This document shows, one piece after another, positions 1 through 10,183 of a stretch of 64,000 bases of DNA. The notes beneath the pieces are model-generated. The model worked only from the letters and a program-made list of their open reading frames with translations, had not been told where the DNA came from and ran no database searches. Position 1 is the stretch's first letter. Every line of letters begins with the position of its first letter. This DNA is from Candidatus Yanofskybacteria bacterium (lineage in GTDB: Bacteria; Patescibacteriota; Minisyncoccia; 2-02-FULL-40-12; GWA2-44-9): the NCBI GenBank assembly GCA_003514055.1, contig DOSG01000002.1, forward strand, positions 13,985 to 77,984, read 5' to 3'. Made by a program: the position numbers and the translations under genes.

Positions 1-373
1 CTATCATGAAGTTGACTCTTCCGAAATGGCTTTCAAAATTGCTGGATCCATGGCTTTGCAGGAAGCGTCTAAGAGAGCTAAGCCCGTGATATTAGAGCCA
101 ATTATGAAAGTTGAGATTATTACCCCAGAGGAGTCTCTTGGAGAAACTACCGGAGACTTATCTTCAAGGCGCGGCCAAATATTGGGAATAGCCGATAGGA
201 GCCCTTTGAATTTAAAAGTTATTGACTCCAGGGTTCCACTCTCTGAAATGTTTGGTTATGCCACGTCTTTAAGATCGTTGACTCAGGGCAGGGGAACATT
301 TAATATGGAGTTCGAAAGCTATGAAGTTGTTCCCAATAATATAGCTGCCCAGATTATTGATGGTAAGAAATAA
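1..373 (+). CDS. fusA: Elongation factor G, C-terminal fragment (gene begins upstream of window)
   Basis: Translation ends ...[28 protein letters not shown], a typical EF-G C-terminus; sits upstream of tuf as in the str operon. Confidence 0.85.
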   Translation, partial: YHEVDSSEMAFKIAGSMALQEASKRAKPVILEPIMKVEIITPEESLGETTGDLSSRRGQILGIADRSPLNLKVIDSRVPLSEMFGYATSLRSLTQGRGTFNMEFESYEVVPNNIAAQIIDGKK

Positions 374-390
374 TTTTAACCGTAGAGCAT

Positions 391-723
391 ATGAAGATTG
401 ATGAATTAAAGAAATTGATGAATAAATCCACGGCTGTTCTAGTCATGGAGAATGGAGATCCGTCTTACGTCGTCTTGAATTATGATACCTATAAGGATTT
501 AGTATTAACCAAGGAAGATGAAAAAAGCGTTAAGATAAATCAGAATTTGCCTCCGCAGGAATCGTTAAAAGAGCCGGTTTTTAGAGGCGTAGACGAGATA
601 ATTGCTGCATCTAAGATGACTTTCGGGGAGAATGAGCTGGAAATACTTGAGAGAATTAACAAAGATATCCAGGTTCTAAGAGAGGAAATACAGAAAGAAG
701 AGAAATTGTTAACTATTGACTAA
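391..723 (+). CDS. Hypothetical 110-aa protein with a Phd/YefM-antitoxin-like N-terminal region
   Basis: N-terminus (STAVLVMENGDPSYVVLNYDTYKDL) fits the YefM/Phd beta-strand pattern (PvlItrnGkpvaVLmsleeYesL); acidic coiled-coil C-terminus; inserted between fusA and tuf. Confidence 0.45.
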   Translation: MKIDELKKLMNKSTAVLVMENGDPSYVVLNYDTYKDLVLTKEDEKSVKINQNLPPQESLKEPVFRGVDEIIAASKMTFGENELEILERINKDIQVLREEIQKEEKLLTID

Positions 724-844
724 TATTTTTATCTCGGTTAAAATAAACATTGCTAATTTATTAATCTAATCATCTGCTTCTGGACTATGACTTCTAGGCT
801 TCCCAATTCAGCCTATAAGCTATAAGCCAAGAGCCAAAACAAGA

Positions 845-2047
845 ATGGCAGGGAAATTCGAAAGATCAAAGCCACACTTAAATGTTGGCACAATCGGTCA
901 CGTTGACCACGGCAAGACGACATTAACGGCGTCTATTTTGCATGCTCTAAACCTCATGAAAGATGAGGGATATAGCGCTCGAGTCGAGGACGTAAGTCAG
1001 ATCGACAACTCACCAGAAGAGAGAGCCAGGGGTATTACGATCGCTACTCACCACTCTGAATACGAGACTCCAAAAAGACATTATGCTCACGTTGATTGCC
1101 CAGGGCACGCCGATTACATTAAGAACATGATCACTGGTGCCGCTCAGATGGATGGTGCAATTTTAGTTGTGGCCGCTACTGATGGACCAATGCCTCAGAC
1201 TAGAGAACACATTCTTTTGGCCTACCAGGTTGGCGTTCCTTCCGTAGTAGTCTTCATGAACAAGTGTGATCAAGTTGATGATCCGGAAATGTTAGATTTA
1301 GTCGAAGCTGAGATAAGAGAACTGTTAAATAAATATCAGTTCCCTGGCGATACTACCCCGATCATAAGAGGTTCAGCTCTAAAAGCATTAGAGGCGAAAT
1401 CGAAGGACGATGCGACTATCAAGCCGATAATCGAATTGGTAAATGCCCTCGATTCCTTTATCCCTGAGCCAAAAAGAGATGTTGAGAAGCCATTCCTTAT
1501 GCCAATCGAAGACATCTTTTCTATCGAAGGCCGAGGAACAGTTGTCACTGGTAGAATTGAAAGAGGAGTCCTTAATCTTAACGATGAAGTGGAGATAGTG
1601 GGTATTAAGCCAACCGCCAAGACAGTTGTAACGGGTATTGAGATGTTCAACAAGCAGCTAGATCGAGGTGAGGCTGGTGATAATGCCGGAATTCTATTAA
1701 GAGGAACTAAGAAAGAAGATGTCGAAAGAGGACAGATCTTGGCCAAACCTGGATCAATCACTCCGCATATTGAATTTGAAGCTCAGGTTTACATCTTAAC
1801 CAAGGAAGAGGGAGGTAGACATACCCCATTTTTCAAGGGTTACAAGCCTCAGTTTTACTTTAGAACAACTGATGTTACCGGAGAGGTATTCTTGCCAGAG
1901 GGAAGCGAAATGATTATGCCTGGCGATACCGCCAATGTAAAAGTTAAACTTATTGCTCCGATTGCCATGGAAGAAAAACTCAAGTTTGCCATTAGAGAAG
2001 GCGGTAAAACTGTGGGTGCCGGATCAGTAACTAAGATTATAGCCTAA
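845..2047 (+). CDS. tuf: Elongation factor Tu
   Basis: [13 protein letters not shown]-loop, DCPGHADY, full-length EF-Tu homology. Confidence 0.97.
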   Translation: MAGKFERSKPHLNVGTIGHVDHGKTTLTASILHALNLMKDEGYSARVEDVSQIDNSPEERARGITIATHHSEYETPKRHYAHVDCPGHADYIKNMITGAAQMDGAILVVAATDGPMPQTREHILLAYQVGVPSVVVFMNKCDQVDDPEMLDLVEAEIRELLNKYQFPGDTTPIIRGSALKALEAKSKDDATIKPIIELVNALDSFIPEPKRDVEKPFLMPIEDIFSIEGRGTVVTGRIERGVLNLNDEVEIVGIKPTAKTVVTGIEMFNKQLDRGEAGDNAGILLRGTKKEDVERGQILAKPGSITPHIEFEAQVYILTKEEGGRHTPFFKGYKPQFYFRTTDVTGEVFLPEGSEMIMPGDTANVKVKLIAPIAMEEKLKFAIREGGKTVGAGSVTKIIA

Positions 2048-2054
2048 AGCAATT

Positions 2055-2100
2055 CCGTCCTCTGCGCTCTGGCCCTTCTGGGGCTAGGCGCAGAGGACGG
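2055..2100 (+). terminator. Long imperfect hairpin between tuf and rpsJ (13-bp perfect outer stem ccgtcctctgcgc/gcgcagaggacgg); attenuator or processing stem, weak U-tract
   Basis: Inverted repeat 2055-2067 / 2088-2100 read directly. Confidence 0.35.
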
Positions 2101-2130
2101 ATCGCTCTTTATAAAGACACACACATCACA

Positions 2131-2454
2131 ATGGCAAAGAAAACAGAAACAAGTCAGAGAATAAGGATCAAGTTGAAGGCTTACGATAATAAGATTATCG
2201 ACAAGTCGGCTCAACAAATAATCGAAACCATCGAAAGATATGGTGGTAAGCCCATTGGTCCCGTGCCATTGCCAACAGAGATTCACAAATACACCGTGAA
2301 TCGCTCGACCTTCATTGATAAGAATTCCAGAGAGCAATTCGAGATGAGAATTCACAAGAGGATTATTGACATCAATACTCCGACTCCAAAAATTATCGAC
2401 GCGCTGATGAATCTAAACCTGCCGTCTGGAGTCGACATCGAAGTCAAGATGTAA
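2131..2454 (+). CDS. rpsJ: 30S ribosomal protein S10
   Basis: [10 protein letters not shown]...PLPT motif, 107 aa. Confidence 0.95.
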   Translation: MAKKTETSQRIRIKLKAYDNKIIDKSAQQIIETIERYGGKPIGPVPLPTEIHKYTVNRSTFIDKNSREQFEMRIHKRIIDINTPTPKIIDALMNLNLPSGVDIEVKM

Positions 2455-2730
2455 GCGTGACTAGCTAATACTTATTACTTTACTTTCGGCGTATGATGAG
2501 GTATCATATTCCGGAGACTAAGGTCATAATAAAAATCGGTAGAATTTATCCGGCCAACCCTGAGATTACCGAAGGGTCCGGTTTTCTAAAAATGCACCGA
2601 TTCCAGTTATAATCTTAATTATTCCGCGGGCAAAAAGATAAGTATCATATTTTCTTTTTGTTAGACAACATTCGCAAGAATAGGGTCTGTTTCCGCCGGA
2701 AGACGGATTTTTATTTTATTAGCCTAGATC

Positions 2731-3345
2731 ATGAAATTCATAATTGGAAAAAAACTAGGTATGTCCCAATTTTTTAGAGAAGATGGGGCAGTAGTACCCA
2801 TGACTGTCGTGGAGGTCACGCCGAATGTTGTGGTACAGGTAAAGACCGTCGAGAATGATGGCTACGAAGCTGTACAGCTTGGCTTCGGATCAAAAAAGAA
2901 CAATACCAAGGCTTTGAAGAAGCACTTTAAAGATTTGGGGTCTTTTGCTTTGTTGAAGGAATTTAAGGGCTCAAAATTTGCTGATAAAGATTTAGCCGTC
3001 GGTGATAAAATAGACGCGTCATTATTCGAGATTGGTGACAAGGTTAAGGTTACCGGATTAGCCAAGGGCAAAGGTTTCGCCGGTGCCGTTAAGAGACACG
3101 GTTTCCACGGTATGCCCGCTAGTCATGGCCACAGATCAGTTCAGAGACACGTCGGTTCTATCGGGCAGAGATTTCCTCAGCACACGCTTAAAGGTTTAAG
3201 GATGGCCGGAAGAATGGGTGGCGGCAAATCAACTGCCAGAGGTCTTCAGATTGTTCATATCGATCAAGAGAATAATCTTATTTGTATAAAAGGCGCGTTA
3301 CCGGGCAATATCGGTGGCGTGTTAGAAATAATTTCGAGTAAATAA
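2731..3345 (+). CDS. rplC: 50S ribosomal protein L3
   Basis: MKFIIGKKLGMSQ...; L3 family. Confidence 0.95.
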   Translation: MKFIIGKKLGMSQFFREDGAVVPMTVVEVTPNVVVQVKTVENDGYEAVQLGFGSKKNNTKALKKHFKDLGSFALLKEFKGSKFADKDLAVGDKIDASLFEIGDKVKVTGLAKGKGFAGAVKRHGFHGMPASHGHRSVQRHVGSIGQRFPQHTLKGLRMAGRMGGGKSTARGLQIVHIDQENNLICIKGALPGNIGGVLEIISSK

Positions 3346-3346
3346 A

Positions 3347-3991
3347 ATGGAAGCAGTATTATATAACCAAAAAGGAGATAACATCGGTACGGTAGACCTT
3401 CCAAAGGAGTTTTTTGGTGTAGCCATGAGCGAGGATCTATTGCATCAAGTTGTTGTTTCCCAGATGGCTAACCAGAGACAAGTTATTGCTCATGCCAAGG
3501 GCCGAGACGAGGTCAGAGGTGGAGGCAAAAAACCATGGAAGCAGAAAGGCACTGGTCGTGCCAGGCATGGATCAATTAGATCTCCAATTTGGAAGGGCGG
3601 CGGCGCTACTCATGGCCCAAGAAAAGAGAAGGACTACTCAAAGAAGATCAACGCAAAGATGGCCCAGAAAGCTTTTAGAGTTGCCCTATCGGCCAAGTTG
3701 AGGGATGGTCAGATATTCATAGTTGACGAGCTTAAGCTGGAAGTACCAAAGACCAGAGAAGTTACGGCGATATTGAAGAATATGTCGAAAAATTTCGAGA
3801 ATGCTAGGCTTGGGAGCACGTTGATGGTATCAGGAACCAACAGGAGAGACTTAGTTATTGCTTCTGGGAATTTGAAGAATGTTGACACGATAGAGTCTAG
3901 GAATTTAAATGCCCTGAAAGTTCTTACTTTTAAGAACATAATTATGACCAAGGATTCTATTGAAAAAATGGTCAAGTCCACCGTTAAATAA
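3347..3991 (+). CDS. rplD: 50S ribosomal protein L4
   Basis: GGGKKPWKQKGTGRAR... L4 signature. Confidence 0.95.
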   Translation: MEAVLYNQKGDNIGTVDLPKEFFGVAMSEDLLHQVVVSQMANQRQVIAHAKGRDEVRGGGKKPWKQKGTGRARHGSIRSPIWKGGGATHGPRKEKDYSKKINAKMAQKAFRVALSAKLRDGQIFIVDELKLEVPKTREVTAILKNMSKNFENARLGSTLMVSGTNRRDLVIASGNLKNVDTIESRNLNALKVLTFKNIIMTKDSIEKMVKSTVK

Positions 3992-3993
3992 AT

Positions 3994-4419
3994 ATGAAGT
4001 TAAATATTTTTAAAAACGACGAAGATAAGAGCAAGAAGAATTCAAAAAAAGTTGAGGCCACTTTAGATTCGCAGGAAGGTTCGAAAGAGGCAATTAAAGA
4101 GGATGCGGTCTCTAGCTCGATTAAATTAAATTATCTACCTGGAGCCTATAGAGTATTGAAGAGTTTCTATATAAGTGAAAAGGCTACTAACCTTGTGACG
4201 ATGAACCAGTATGTGTTCGTAGTCGGAGACAAGACTAATAAGGTAGAAGTCAAAAAGAATATTGAGAAATTATTTGATGTTAAAGTTAAAGACGTAAGGA
4301 TAATAAATATGCCTAGTAAGATTAGGAATGTCGGCAGACATTCTGGCATTAAATCTGGGTTCAAAAAGGCCATTGTAGTTTTGAAAGATGGCTACTCAAT
4401 AGACCAAGCCAAAGCATAA
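3994..4419 (+). CDS. rplW: 50S ribosomal protein L23 with ~50-aa Lys/Glu-rich N-terminal extension
   Basis: Conserved L23 core starts near YRVLKSFYISEKAT; no internal ATG so the extension appears real. Confidence 0.88.
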   Translation: MKLNIFKNDEDKSKKNSKKVEATLDSQEGSKEAIKEDAVSSSIKLNYLPGAYRVLKSFYISEKATNLVTMNQYVFVVGDKTNKVEVKKNIEKLFDVKVKDVRIINMPSKIRNVGRHSGIKSGFKKAIVVLKDGYSIDQAKA

Positions 4420-4423
4420 AAAC

Positions 4424-5248
4424 ATGAAAAGTTATAATCCTACAACACCATCAAGAAGACATGCCACGGGATATAGTTTTGACAATCTAACCAAGGTTGC
4501 TCCTTTGAAGTCTTTAAAGGGTGGGATTGTGAAATCTACCGGCAGGAATAACCAGGGTATTATAACCAGCTATCATCGCGGCGGCGGCGTTAAGAGACTT
4601 TATAGATTCGTTGATTTTAAACAAAAAAAGTTTGATATACCTGGCAAGATTTTTTCAATAGAATATGATCCGAATAGAACAGCTAGGATCGCCAGAGTTC
4701 ATTTTGCCGATGGCGAAAAGATGTATATCCTTGCTCCGGAGGGAATGAAGGCCGGTGATCCGATTATATTTTCGGAAAAGGCACCATTGAAGTTGGGCAA
4801 TAGAATGAAATTGAAAAATATTCCTCAGGGAATGATGGTCTATAATGTTGAATTATTCCCTGGTCAGGGCGGGAAGATCGTCAGATCTGCTGGAGGCGGA
4901 GCTACGGTTTTAGCCAGCGATGCGGGGCATGTCCACTTAGTGATGCCTTCATCTGAGGTTAGGATGGTTTCTGAAGAATGTTATGCTTCTGTCGGTCAGG
5001 TCTCGAACCAAGAGCATAGCTCAATAGTCCTCGGTAAGGCCGGCCGATCAAGGTGGCTGAACAAGAGACCCAAGGTTAGAGGAACAGCCATGAATCCGGT
5101 TGACCATCCGTATGGCGGAGGAGAGGGGAGACAGGGTAGAGGAACAAGACGACCTAAGACCAGACAAGGTAAGATTACTGGAGGCAGGAAGACTAGGAAT
5201 AAGAAGAAAAAGTCGGGCAAGTTCATAGTTAGAAGAAGGCACAAATAA
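4424..5248 (+). CDS. rplB: 50S ribosomal protein L2
   Basis: L2 family, GRNNQG..., Gly/Arg C-terminus. Confidence 0.97.
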   Translation: MKSYNPTTPSRRHATGYSFDNLTKVAPLKSLKGGIVKSTGRNNQGIITSYHRGGGVKRLYRFVDFKQKKFDIPGKIFSIEYDPNRTARIARVHFADGEKMYILAPEGMKAGDPIIFSEKAPLKLGNRMKLKNIPQGMMVYNVELFPGQGGKIVRSAGGGATVLASDAGHVHLVMPSSEVRMVSEECYASVGQVSNQEHSSIVLGKAGRSRWLNKRPKVRGTAMNPVDHPYGGGEGRQGRGTRRPKTRQGKITGGRKTRNKKKKSGKFIVRRRHK

Positions 5249-5267
5249 TTATCATTAATCTAGAATC

Positions 5268-5618
5268 ATGTCGCGATCACTAAAAAAAGGACCATACGTT
5301 GACCAAAAATTGCTGAAGAAAATCAGTAATTTAAAAGCGGGCGACAAGACCGTTGTTAAGACGTGGGCTAGAGCTTGTACGATCGTTCCTGAGATGATAG
5401 GCTACACCTTCGGCGTACATAATGGACGAATTCATATCCCTGTTTTGATTACAGAAGACATGGTTGGCCACAAGCTTGGTGAGTTTTCTTTGACTAAGAA
5501 GTTCTCAAGACATGGTGGCAAGATGCAGAGAGAAATAGAAGCCGCAGCAAAGCAGAAAGAGTTAGATGCAGCCAAGGCCGCAAAAGCGGCTCCGACTGCA
5601 GAAGCAGTGAAAAAATAA
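5268..5618 (+). CDS. rpsS: 30S ribosomal protein S19 with Ala/Lys-rich C-terminal tail
   Basis: [11 protein letters not shown]...HNGR; 116 aa versus about 92 typical. Confidence 0.94.
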   Translation: MSRSLKKGPYVDQKLLKKISNLKAGDKTVVKTWARACTIVPEMIGYTFGVHNGRIHIPVLITEDMVGHKLGEFSLTKKFSRHGGKMQREIEAAAKQKELDAAKAAKAAPTAEAVKK

Positions 5619-5627
5619 TAAAATAAT

Positions 5628-6143
5628 ATGGCAGAAGTAAAAGCAAAATTAAATGGATTGCGTATGGCCCCAAGAAAAGTTAGGGCTATTACCCAATTGC
5701 TGAGAGGCAAGGATGCTTTGTTTGCCATAAATCAATTGGAATTTTTAATCAGAAAGCCAGCCAATCCAGTTAAGAAGTTACTCGAGTCTGCGATTGCTAG
5801 CGCTGAGAACGATTTTCAATTGGTTAAGGAGAACCTATTTATTAAAGAGTTCAGAGTTGACGAGGGAGTGAAGCTTAGAAGATTCAAGCCTAAAGGTTTT
5901 GGTCGCGCAGCCCTTATTCAAAAGAAGACCAGTCATGTAGTGTTGGTTCTCTCAGAAAGAGTCGCCGGTCTTAAGTCTGTGAATGTGGCCAAGGATGATG
6001 AGTCGAAAAAGGCTAAAGTTTCTAAGGTCAAAGAAGATAAGGCGTCCTCCAAGCTTGAAGATAAAAAGCCAAGCATAAAGAAAGAAATCGGGGCTAAGAA
6101 AGATGGCTTCGTTAAAAAGATATTCCAGAGGAAGGCAGTTTAA
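5628..6143 (+). CDS. rplV: 50S ribosomal protein L22 with ~60-aa Lys-rich C-terminal extension
   Basis: L22 core AKLNGLRMAPRKVR...; 171 aa versus about 110. Confidence 0.92.
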   Translation: MAEVKAKLNGLRMAPRKVRAITQLLRGKDALFAINQLEFLIRKPANPVKKLLESAIASAENDFQLVKENLFIKEFRVDEGVKLRRFKPKGFGRAALIQKKTSHVVLVLSERVAGLKSVNVAKDDESKKAKVSKVKEDKASSKLEDKKPSIKKEIGAKKDGFVKKIFQRKAV

Positions 6144-6166
6144 TATTATAAATCCAAATAAATAAT

Positions 6167-6805
6167 ATGGGTCATAAGATTTCACCAACATCATTCAGGA
6201 TAGGAATACAAAAAGACTGGCTGTCTCGCTGGTTTGGCCAACGAAAATATATATCACTCTTGAAGGACGATGTTGCTGTTAGAGCTTTTCTTGAGAAGAA
6301 GATGAAGAATATGTCCGTCGATCGCGTCGAAATAGAGCGCGGTACAGATTTACTGAACATAATTATCTTTAGCTCGAGGCCGGGATTATTGATTGGTAGA
6401 GGAGGAACTGGGATAGATGAGCTTAAGACTGCGATACGCAAGGTTTTAAAAAAGAAGGTTGGCGTTAGGATCGAGATTCAGGAGATAAAGAATCCTGAGT
6501 CTTCAGCTGCGATTATGGCCGAATCCATTGCGGATCAGATTGAGAAAAGATTACCATTCAGAAGAATAATGAAGCAAACTTTAGCTAAGATAATCGCCAG
6601 TAAGCAGGCTAAAGGTGCCAAAATTCAGTTAAGTGGAAGATTGGATGGCGCCGAGATTGCTAGAACAGAGCACTTAGAGGAGGGCAATCTGCCGTTACAA
6701 ACTTTGAGAGCCGACATAGATTACGCAAAATATACAGCCAGAACGACATACGGAGCGATTGGTATCAAGGTTTGGATATTTAAAGGCTTAACTTTCGACA
6801 AATAA
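6167..6805 (+). CDS. rpsC: 30S ribosomal protein S3
   Basis: MGHKISPTSFRIGI..., KH domain. Confidence 0.95.
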   Translation: MGHKISPTSFRIGIQKDWLSRWFGQRKYISLLKDDVAVRAFLEKKMKNMSVDRVEIERGTDLLNIIIFSSRPGLLIGRGGTGIDELKTAIRKVLKKKVGVRIEIQEIKNPESSAAIMAESIADQIEKRLPFRRIMKQTLAKIIASKQAKGAKIQLSGRLDGAEIARTEHLEEGNLPLQTLRADIDYAKYTARTTYGAIGIKVWIFKGLTFDK

Positions 6806-6809
6806 TACC

Positions 6810-7214
6810 ATGTTTCAACCAAGCAAAGTAAAACATTCCAAAGTTCACAAAGGTAAAAATCGTTTAGTTGCCGCAAGAGGAACGGTTCTTAGCTTTGGTA
6901 GTTTTGGGCTCAAAGCCGAAGAGGCTCAGTGGGTGAAGGCGAATCAGCTTGAGTCAGCGAGAAGGGTAATCGCTAGATATTTGCAAAGAGGCGGTAAAAT
7001 TTGGGTCAGAGTTTTTCCATCAAAGCCGAGAACAGCTCGAAGTCCAGAGTTGGGTATGGGTGGAGGACGAGGCGCTTTGGATCATTTCGTGGCAGTTGTT
7101 GAAGCCGGTAGAGTCATCTTTGAAATAGATGGCATAGGCGAAGTACAGGCTCGCGAGGCTTTGAAATTAGCAGCCCACAAGTTACCACTGAAAACTAGAA
7201 TAATTTCAAGATAA
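6810..7214 (+). CDS. rplP: 50S ribosomal protein L16
   Basis: L16 family. Confidence 0.95.
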   Translation: MFQPSKVKHSKVHKGKNRLVAARGTVLSFGSFGLKAEEAQWVKANQLESARRVIARYLQRGGKIWVRVFPSKPRTARSPELGMGGGRGALDHFVAVVEAGRVIFEIDGIGEVQAREALKLAAHKLPLKTRIISR

Positions 7215-7215
7215 T

Positions 7216-7404
7216 ATGGCTAAGAATATATATAAAGCAATGGAGATAAAAGAGCTAACCACTAATTTGGATAATTTAAAGGCGCAGCTAATGCAATTAA
7301 GTTTCGATCTTGCCGATAAGAAGTTAAAAGATACATCTAAGATTAGTAAGACCAAGAAGGGGATAGCTAAAATTTTGACCGAGCTAAAAATCAAGTCGAA
7401 ATAA
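7216..7404 (+). CDS. rpmC: 50S ribosomal protein L29
   Basis: Size, position and coiled-coil composition. Confidence 0.82.
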   Translation: MAKNIYKAMEIKELTTNLDNLKAQLMQLSFDLADKKLKDTSKISKTKKGIAKILTELKIKSK

Positions 7405-7411
7405 CATAAAG

Positions 7412-7684
7412 ATGACTACCTTAGAAACAAAAAATAGAATATTAAAGGGCGTGGTCGTTTCTGACAAGATGGATAAAACCGTTGTGATTGAGATACTAAG
7501 ATTGAAAAAACATCCGAAGTATAAAAAGTTTTATAAAGTAAGTAAGAGATTTAAGGCTCATGATGAAGAGAATAAATATCATGTTGGGGATAACGTTTTA
7601 ATTAAAGAGACTAAACCGATTTCGAAAGACAAGAAGTGGATTGTGGTAGATAAGATCGCTGCCGGCAAGGAGAAGCAATCGTAA
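7412..7684 (+). CDS. rpsQ: 30S ribosomal protein S17
   Basis: [16 protein letters not shown]... S17 OB fold. Confidence 0.9.
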   Translation: MTTLETKNRILKGVVVSDKMDKTVVIEILRLKKHPKYKKFYKVSKRFKAHDEENKYHVGDNVLIKETKPISKDKKWIVVDKIAAGKEKQS

Positions 7685-7706
7685 TATTAATTTAGAATAA
7701 AAATAT

Positions 7707-8072
7707 ATGTTGCAATTAAGATCAATAGTTGATGTAGCAGATAACTCTGGAGCTAAGAAGGTCGGCGTATTTAAGGTACTCGGAGGATCAAAGAAAAGAT
7801 ATGCTCAGTTAGGCGATATAGTTGTAGTCTCAGTTAAGGTTGCTGAACCAAGGAAAGCAGTCAAGAAGAAAGATATCTTAAAGGCAGTCGTCGTCAGACA
7901 AAGAAAACCATTCAGAAGAAAAGACGGCAGTTATATCAAGTTTGATGACAACGCCGTGGTTATATTAGAAGGAAAGGAACCGAAAGGCGGCAGAATATTC
8001 GGTCCAATACCGAGAGAGATAAAAGAAAAGGGTTTTGGTACTATAGCATCCTTAGCGCAAGAGGTAGTTTAA
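7707..8072 (+). CDS. rplN: 50S ribosomal protein L14
   Basis: [17 protein letters not shown]... Confidence 0.95.
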   Translation: MLQLRSIVDVADNSGAKKVGVFKVLGGSKKRYAQLGDIVVVSVKVAEPRKAVKKKDILKAVVVRQRKPFRRKDGSYIKFDDNAVVILEGKEPKGGRIFGPIPREIKEKGFGTIASLAQEVV

Positions 8073-8082
8073 AGATAAATTT

Positions 8083-8388
8083 ATGAAAATAAAGAAAGGC
8101 GACAACGTAATAATGCTATCTGGCAAAGACAAGGGTAAGAAAGGGAAAATCCTATCGGTTTTTTCGGATACCAATAGGGCGATAGTCGAAGGTTTGAATC
8201 TAGTCAAGAAGTCGGTTAGAGCCAGACAGCAAGGCCAGAAGGGGCAGATAATACATAAAGAAAGATCTGCTAGCGTATCTAGTATGGCCTTGATCTGTAA
8301 GTCTTGCGGGAAGCCGACTAGAATTGGTTATAGAATTGAGGCTGGAAGCAAGGCTAGAATCTGTAAAAAATGTGGAGGTGAGGTATAG
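8083..8388 (+). CDS. rplX: 50S ribosomal protein L24 (KOW) carrying a CxxC...CxxC putative zinc knuckle in its C-terminal hairpin
   Basis: KKGDNVIMLSGKDKGKKGKI KOW motif; CKSCGKPTRIGYRIEAGSKARICKKCGG. Confidence 0.9.
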   Translation: MKIKKGDNVIMLSGKDKGKKGKILSVFSDTNRAIVEGLNLVKKSVRARQQGQKGQIIHKERSASVSSMALICKSCGKPTRIGYRIEAGSKARICKKCGGEV

Positions 8389-8441
8389 GCTTCCCAAATT
8401 TAGAAAAATCTGTATAATATAACGAGTCAATAAATATTCAT

Positions 8442-8981
8442 ATGTCGTCACGATTAATAGAAAAATATAGGAAAGAAGTGGCCCCTGCATTGCAGAAGGA
8501 GTTTAAGGTTGCCAATGTTATGGGTATACCAAAGATGGAGAAGATCGTGATCAATACGGGTATCGGAAAGTTATTAAAGGACGACAAGGCAGTCGATAAG
8601 GTAGAGAGAGATCTAGCCCTGATTTCCGGGCAGAAGCCGATTCGAAGGAAAGCCAAGAAGTCTATCGCTGGTTTCAAAATAAGAGAAGGCATGGATATAG
8701 GCTTGTCGGTCACTCTTAGGGGCAAGAGAATGTACGATTTCGCTGATCGCTTGATCTCCATAGCTTTGCCAAGATCTAAAGATTTCAGAGGAATAGATCA
8801 GAAGAATTTTGATAAAATGGGTAATTTGAATTTAGGGATCAAAGAACAAAGTATATTTTCGGAAATTACCTACGAGACTTTGAAAGATATATTTAGTATC
8901 CAGGTTACAGTTGTTACGACTGCAAAGAATCGAGACATGGGTATAAAATTGTTAAAACTTATGGGTTTTCCAATAAAATAA
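8442..8981 (+). CDS. rplE: 50S ribosomal protein L5
   Basis: L5 family. Confidence 0.95.
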   Translation: MSSRLIEKYRKEVAPALQKEFKVANVMGIPKMEKIVINTGIGKLLKDDKAVDKVERDLALISGQKPIRRKAKKSIAGFKIREGMDIGLSVTLRGKRMYDFADRLISIALPRSKDFRGIDQKNFDKMGNLNLGIKEQSIFSEITYETLKDIFSIQVTVVTTAKNRDMGIKLLKLMGFPIK

Positions 8982-8982
8982 A

Positions 8983-9168
8983 ATGCCAAAAAAATCGACA
9001 ATAGCCAGATCCAATAAGAAGCCGAAATATTCTACCAGAATTGTGAGAAGGTGTTTTATCTGCGGAAGGAAGCCTGGCTATATTGGTAAAGTTGGTCTAT
9101 GCAGAATTCACTTCAGAGAATTGGCTAGCGCTGGACTTCTGCCTGGCGTAAAGAAATCGAGTTGGTAA
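8983..9168 (+). CDS. rpsZ: 30S ribosomal protein S14 type Z (zinc-binding, C3H variant)
   Basis: 61 aa; CFICGRK...GLCRIHFRELA. Confidence 0.9.
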   Translation: MPKKSTIARSNKKPKYSTRIVRRCFICGRKPGYIGKVGLCRIHFRELASAGLLPGVKKSSW

Positions 9169-9191
9169 TTATTGTTAATTAATTATATAAA

Positions 9192-9593
9192 ATGACAGAC
9201 CCAATTTCAGACATGTTAATAGTGATAAAGAATGCCCAAGCCGTTAAGAAAGAACAGGTGGTTATTCCGTTCTCGAGAATGAAATTAGCGATTGCCAAGG
9301 TGTTGAAAGACTCCGAATTTATTACCGACTACGAGAAGAAGGCCAAGAAGATTAAAAACAGCGAGCATGATTTTTTATATATAACCTTAAAGTATGAGGA
9401 TAACCACGGAGCCATAAGCGACATTAAGCTAGTGAGTAAGCCATCTAGAAGAATGTATCTGGGCGCTAAGGAGATAAGGCCTGTTAGATCTGGGTATGGC
9501 ATTGGTATATTATCTACTTCAAAGGGTGTCATGAGCTCTATCGAGGCCAGGAAGAGCGGCCTTGGCGGAGAGATAATCTGTGAGATATGGTAA
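9192..9593 (+). CDS. rpsH: 30S ribosomal protein S8
   Basis: MTDPISDMLI..IKNA.. Confidence 0.95.
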   Translation: MTDPISDMLIVIKNAQAVKKEQVVIPFSRMKLAIAKVLKDSEFITDYEKKAKKIKNSEHDFLYITLKYEDNHGAISDIKLVSKPSRRMYLGAKEIRPVRSGYGIGILSTSKGVMSSIEARKSGLGGEIICEIW

Positions 9594-9616
9594 TTGGGAA
9601 TTAGCTAAATAATAAA

Positions 9617-10171
9617 ATGTCTAAAATAGGAAAGAGAACAATTAATATCCCCGCCGGAGTTGATATAAGAATCAACGATGGTTTCATGTACGTGAAGGGC
9701 CCAAAGGGAGAATTGAGTAGGCCCGTTTCTGGCTATTTGAATTTTGACATAGACAAGAACGAGCTAAAAATATATCCTCAAAAACTAAGCAAGAAGTTGC
9801 AGGGCAAGGTAATGGCTCTTTGGGGACTATCTTGGGCTTTAACTCAGAATATGATTAAGGGTGTGACTGATGGATTTGAGAAGGGGTTAGAATTTCAAGG
9901 TGTCGGATACAAGGCCGCGGTTAAGGGGGACAATCTAGAGCTGGAACTTGGCTATTCGCATTCGATTACGATAGTTGCGCCTAAAGGCATAGCATTTAAA
10001 GTTGAGAAGAATTCTATTAAGGTTAGCGGTATCGATAACGAATTGATAGGCAAAGTTGCCGCCGAGATAAGATCAAAGAGGAAGCCCGAACCATTCCAGG
10101 GGAGTGGCATTAGATATTCGGACGAAGTAATTAAAAAGAAAGCTGGCAAAAAGGCAGCTTCAACAGCCTAA
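9617..10171 (+). CDS. rplF: 50S ribosomal protein L6
   Basis: L6 family, two-domain. Confidence 0.95.
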   Translation: MSKIGKRTINIPAGVDIRINDGFMYVKGPKGELSRPVSGYLNFDIDKNELKIYPQKLSKKLQGKVMALWGLSWALTQNMIKGVTDGFEKGLEFQGVGYKAAVKGDNLELELGYSHSITIVAPKGIAFKVEKNSIKVSGIDNELIGKVAAEIRSKRKPEPFQGSGIRYSDEVIKKKAGKKAASTA

Positions 10172-10183
10172 GATTAAACTACA

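Noticed and set aside
1336-1761. 141-aa antisense ORF inside tuf, and similar antisense or short ORFs inside rplC, rplD, rplW, rplB, rpsS, rplV, rpsC, rplX, rplE, rpsH, rplF, rplR, rpsE, rplO, rpoB, rpoC, ftsK, rnj, groES, groEL, the DUF2207 gene and htpX
   Set aside because: They overlap well-supported conserved genes on the opposite strand or in another frame, with low-complexity translations. These are typical shadow ORFs.
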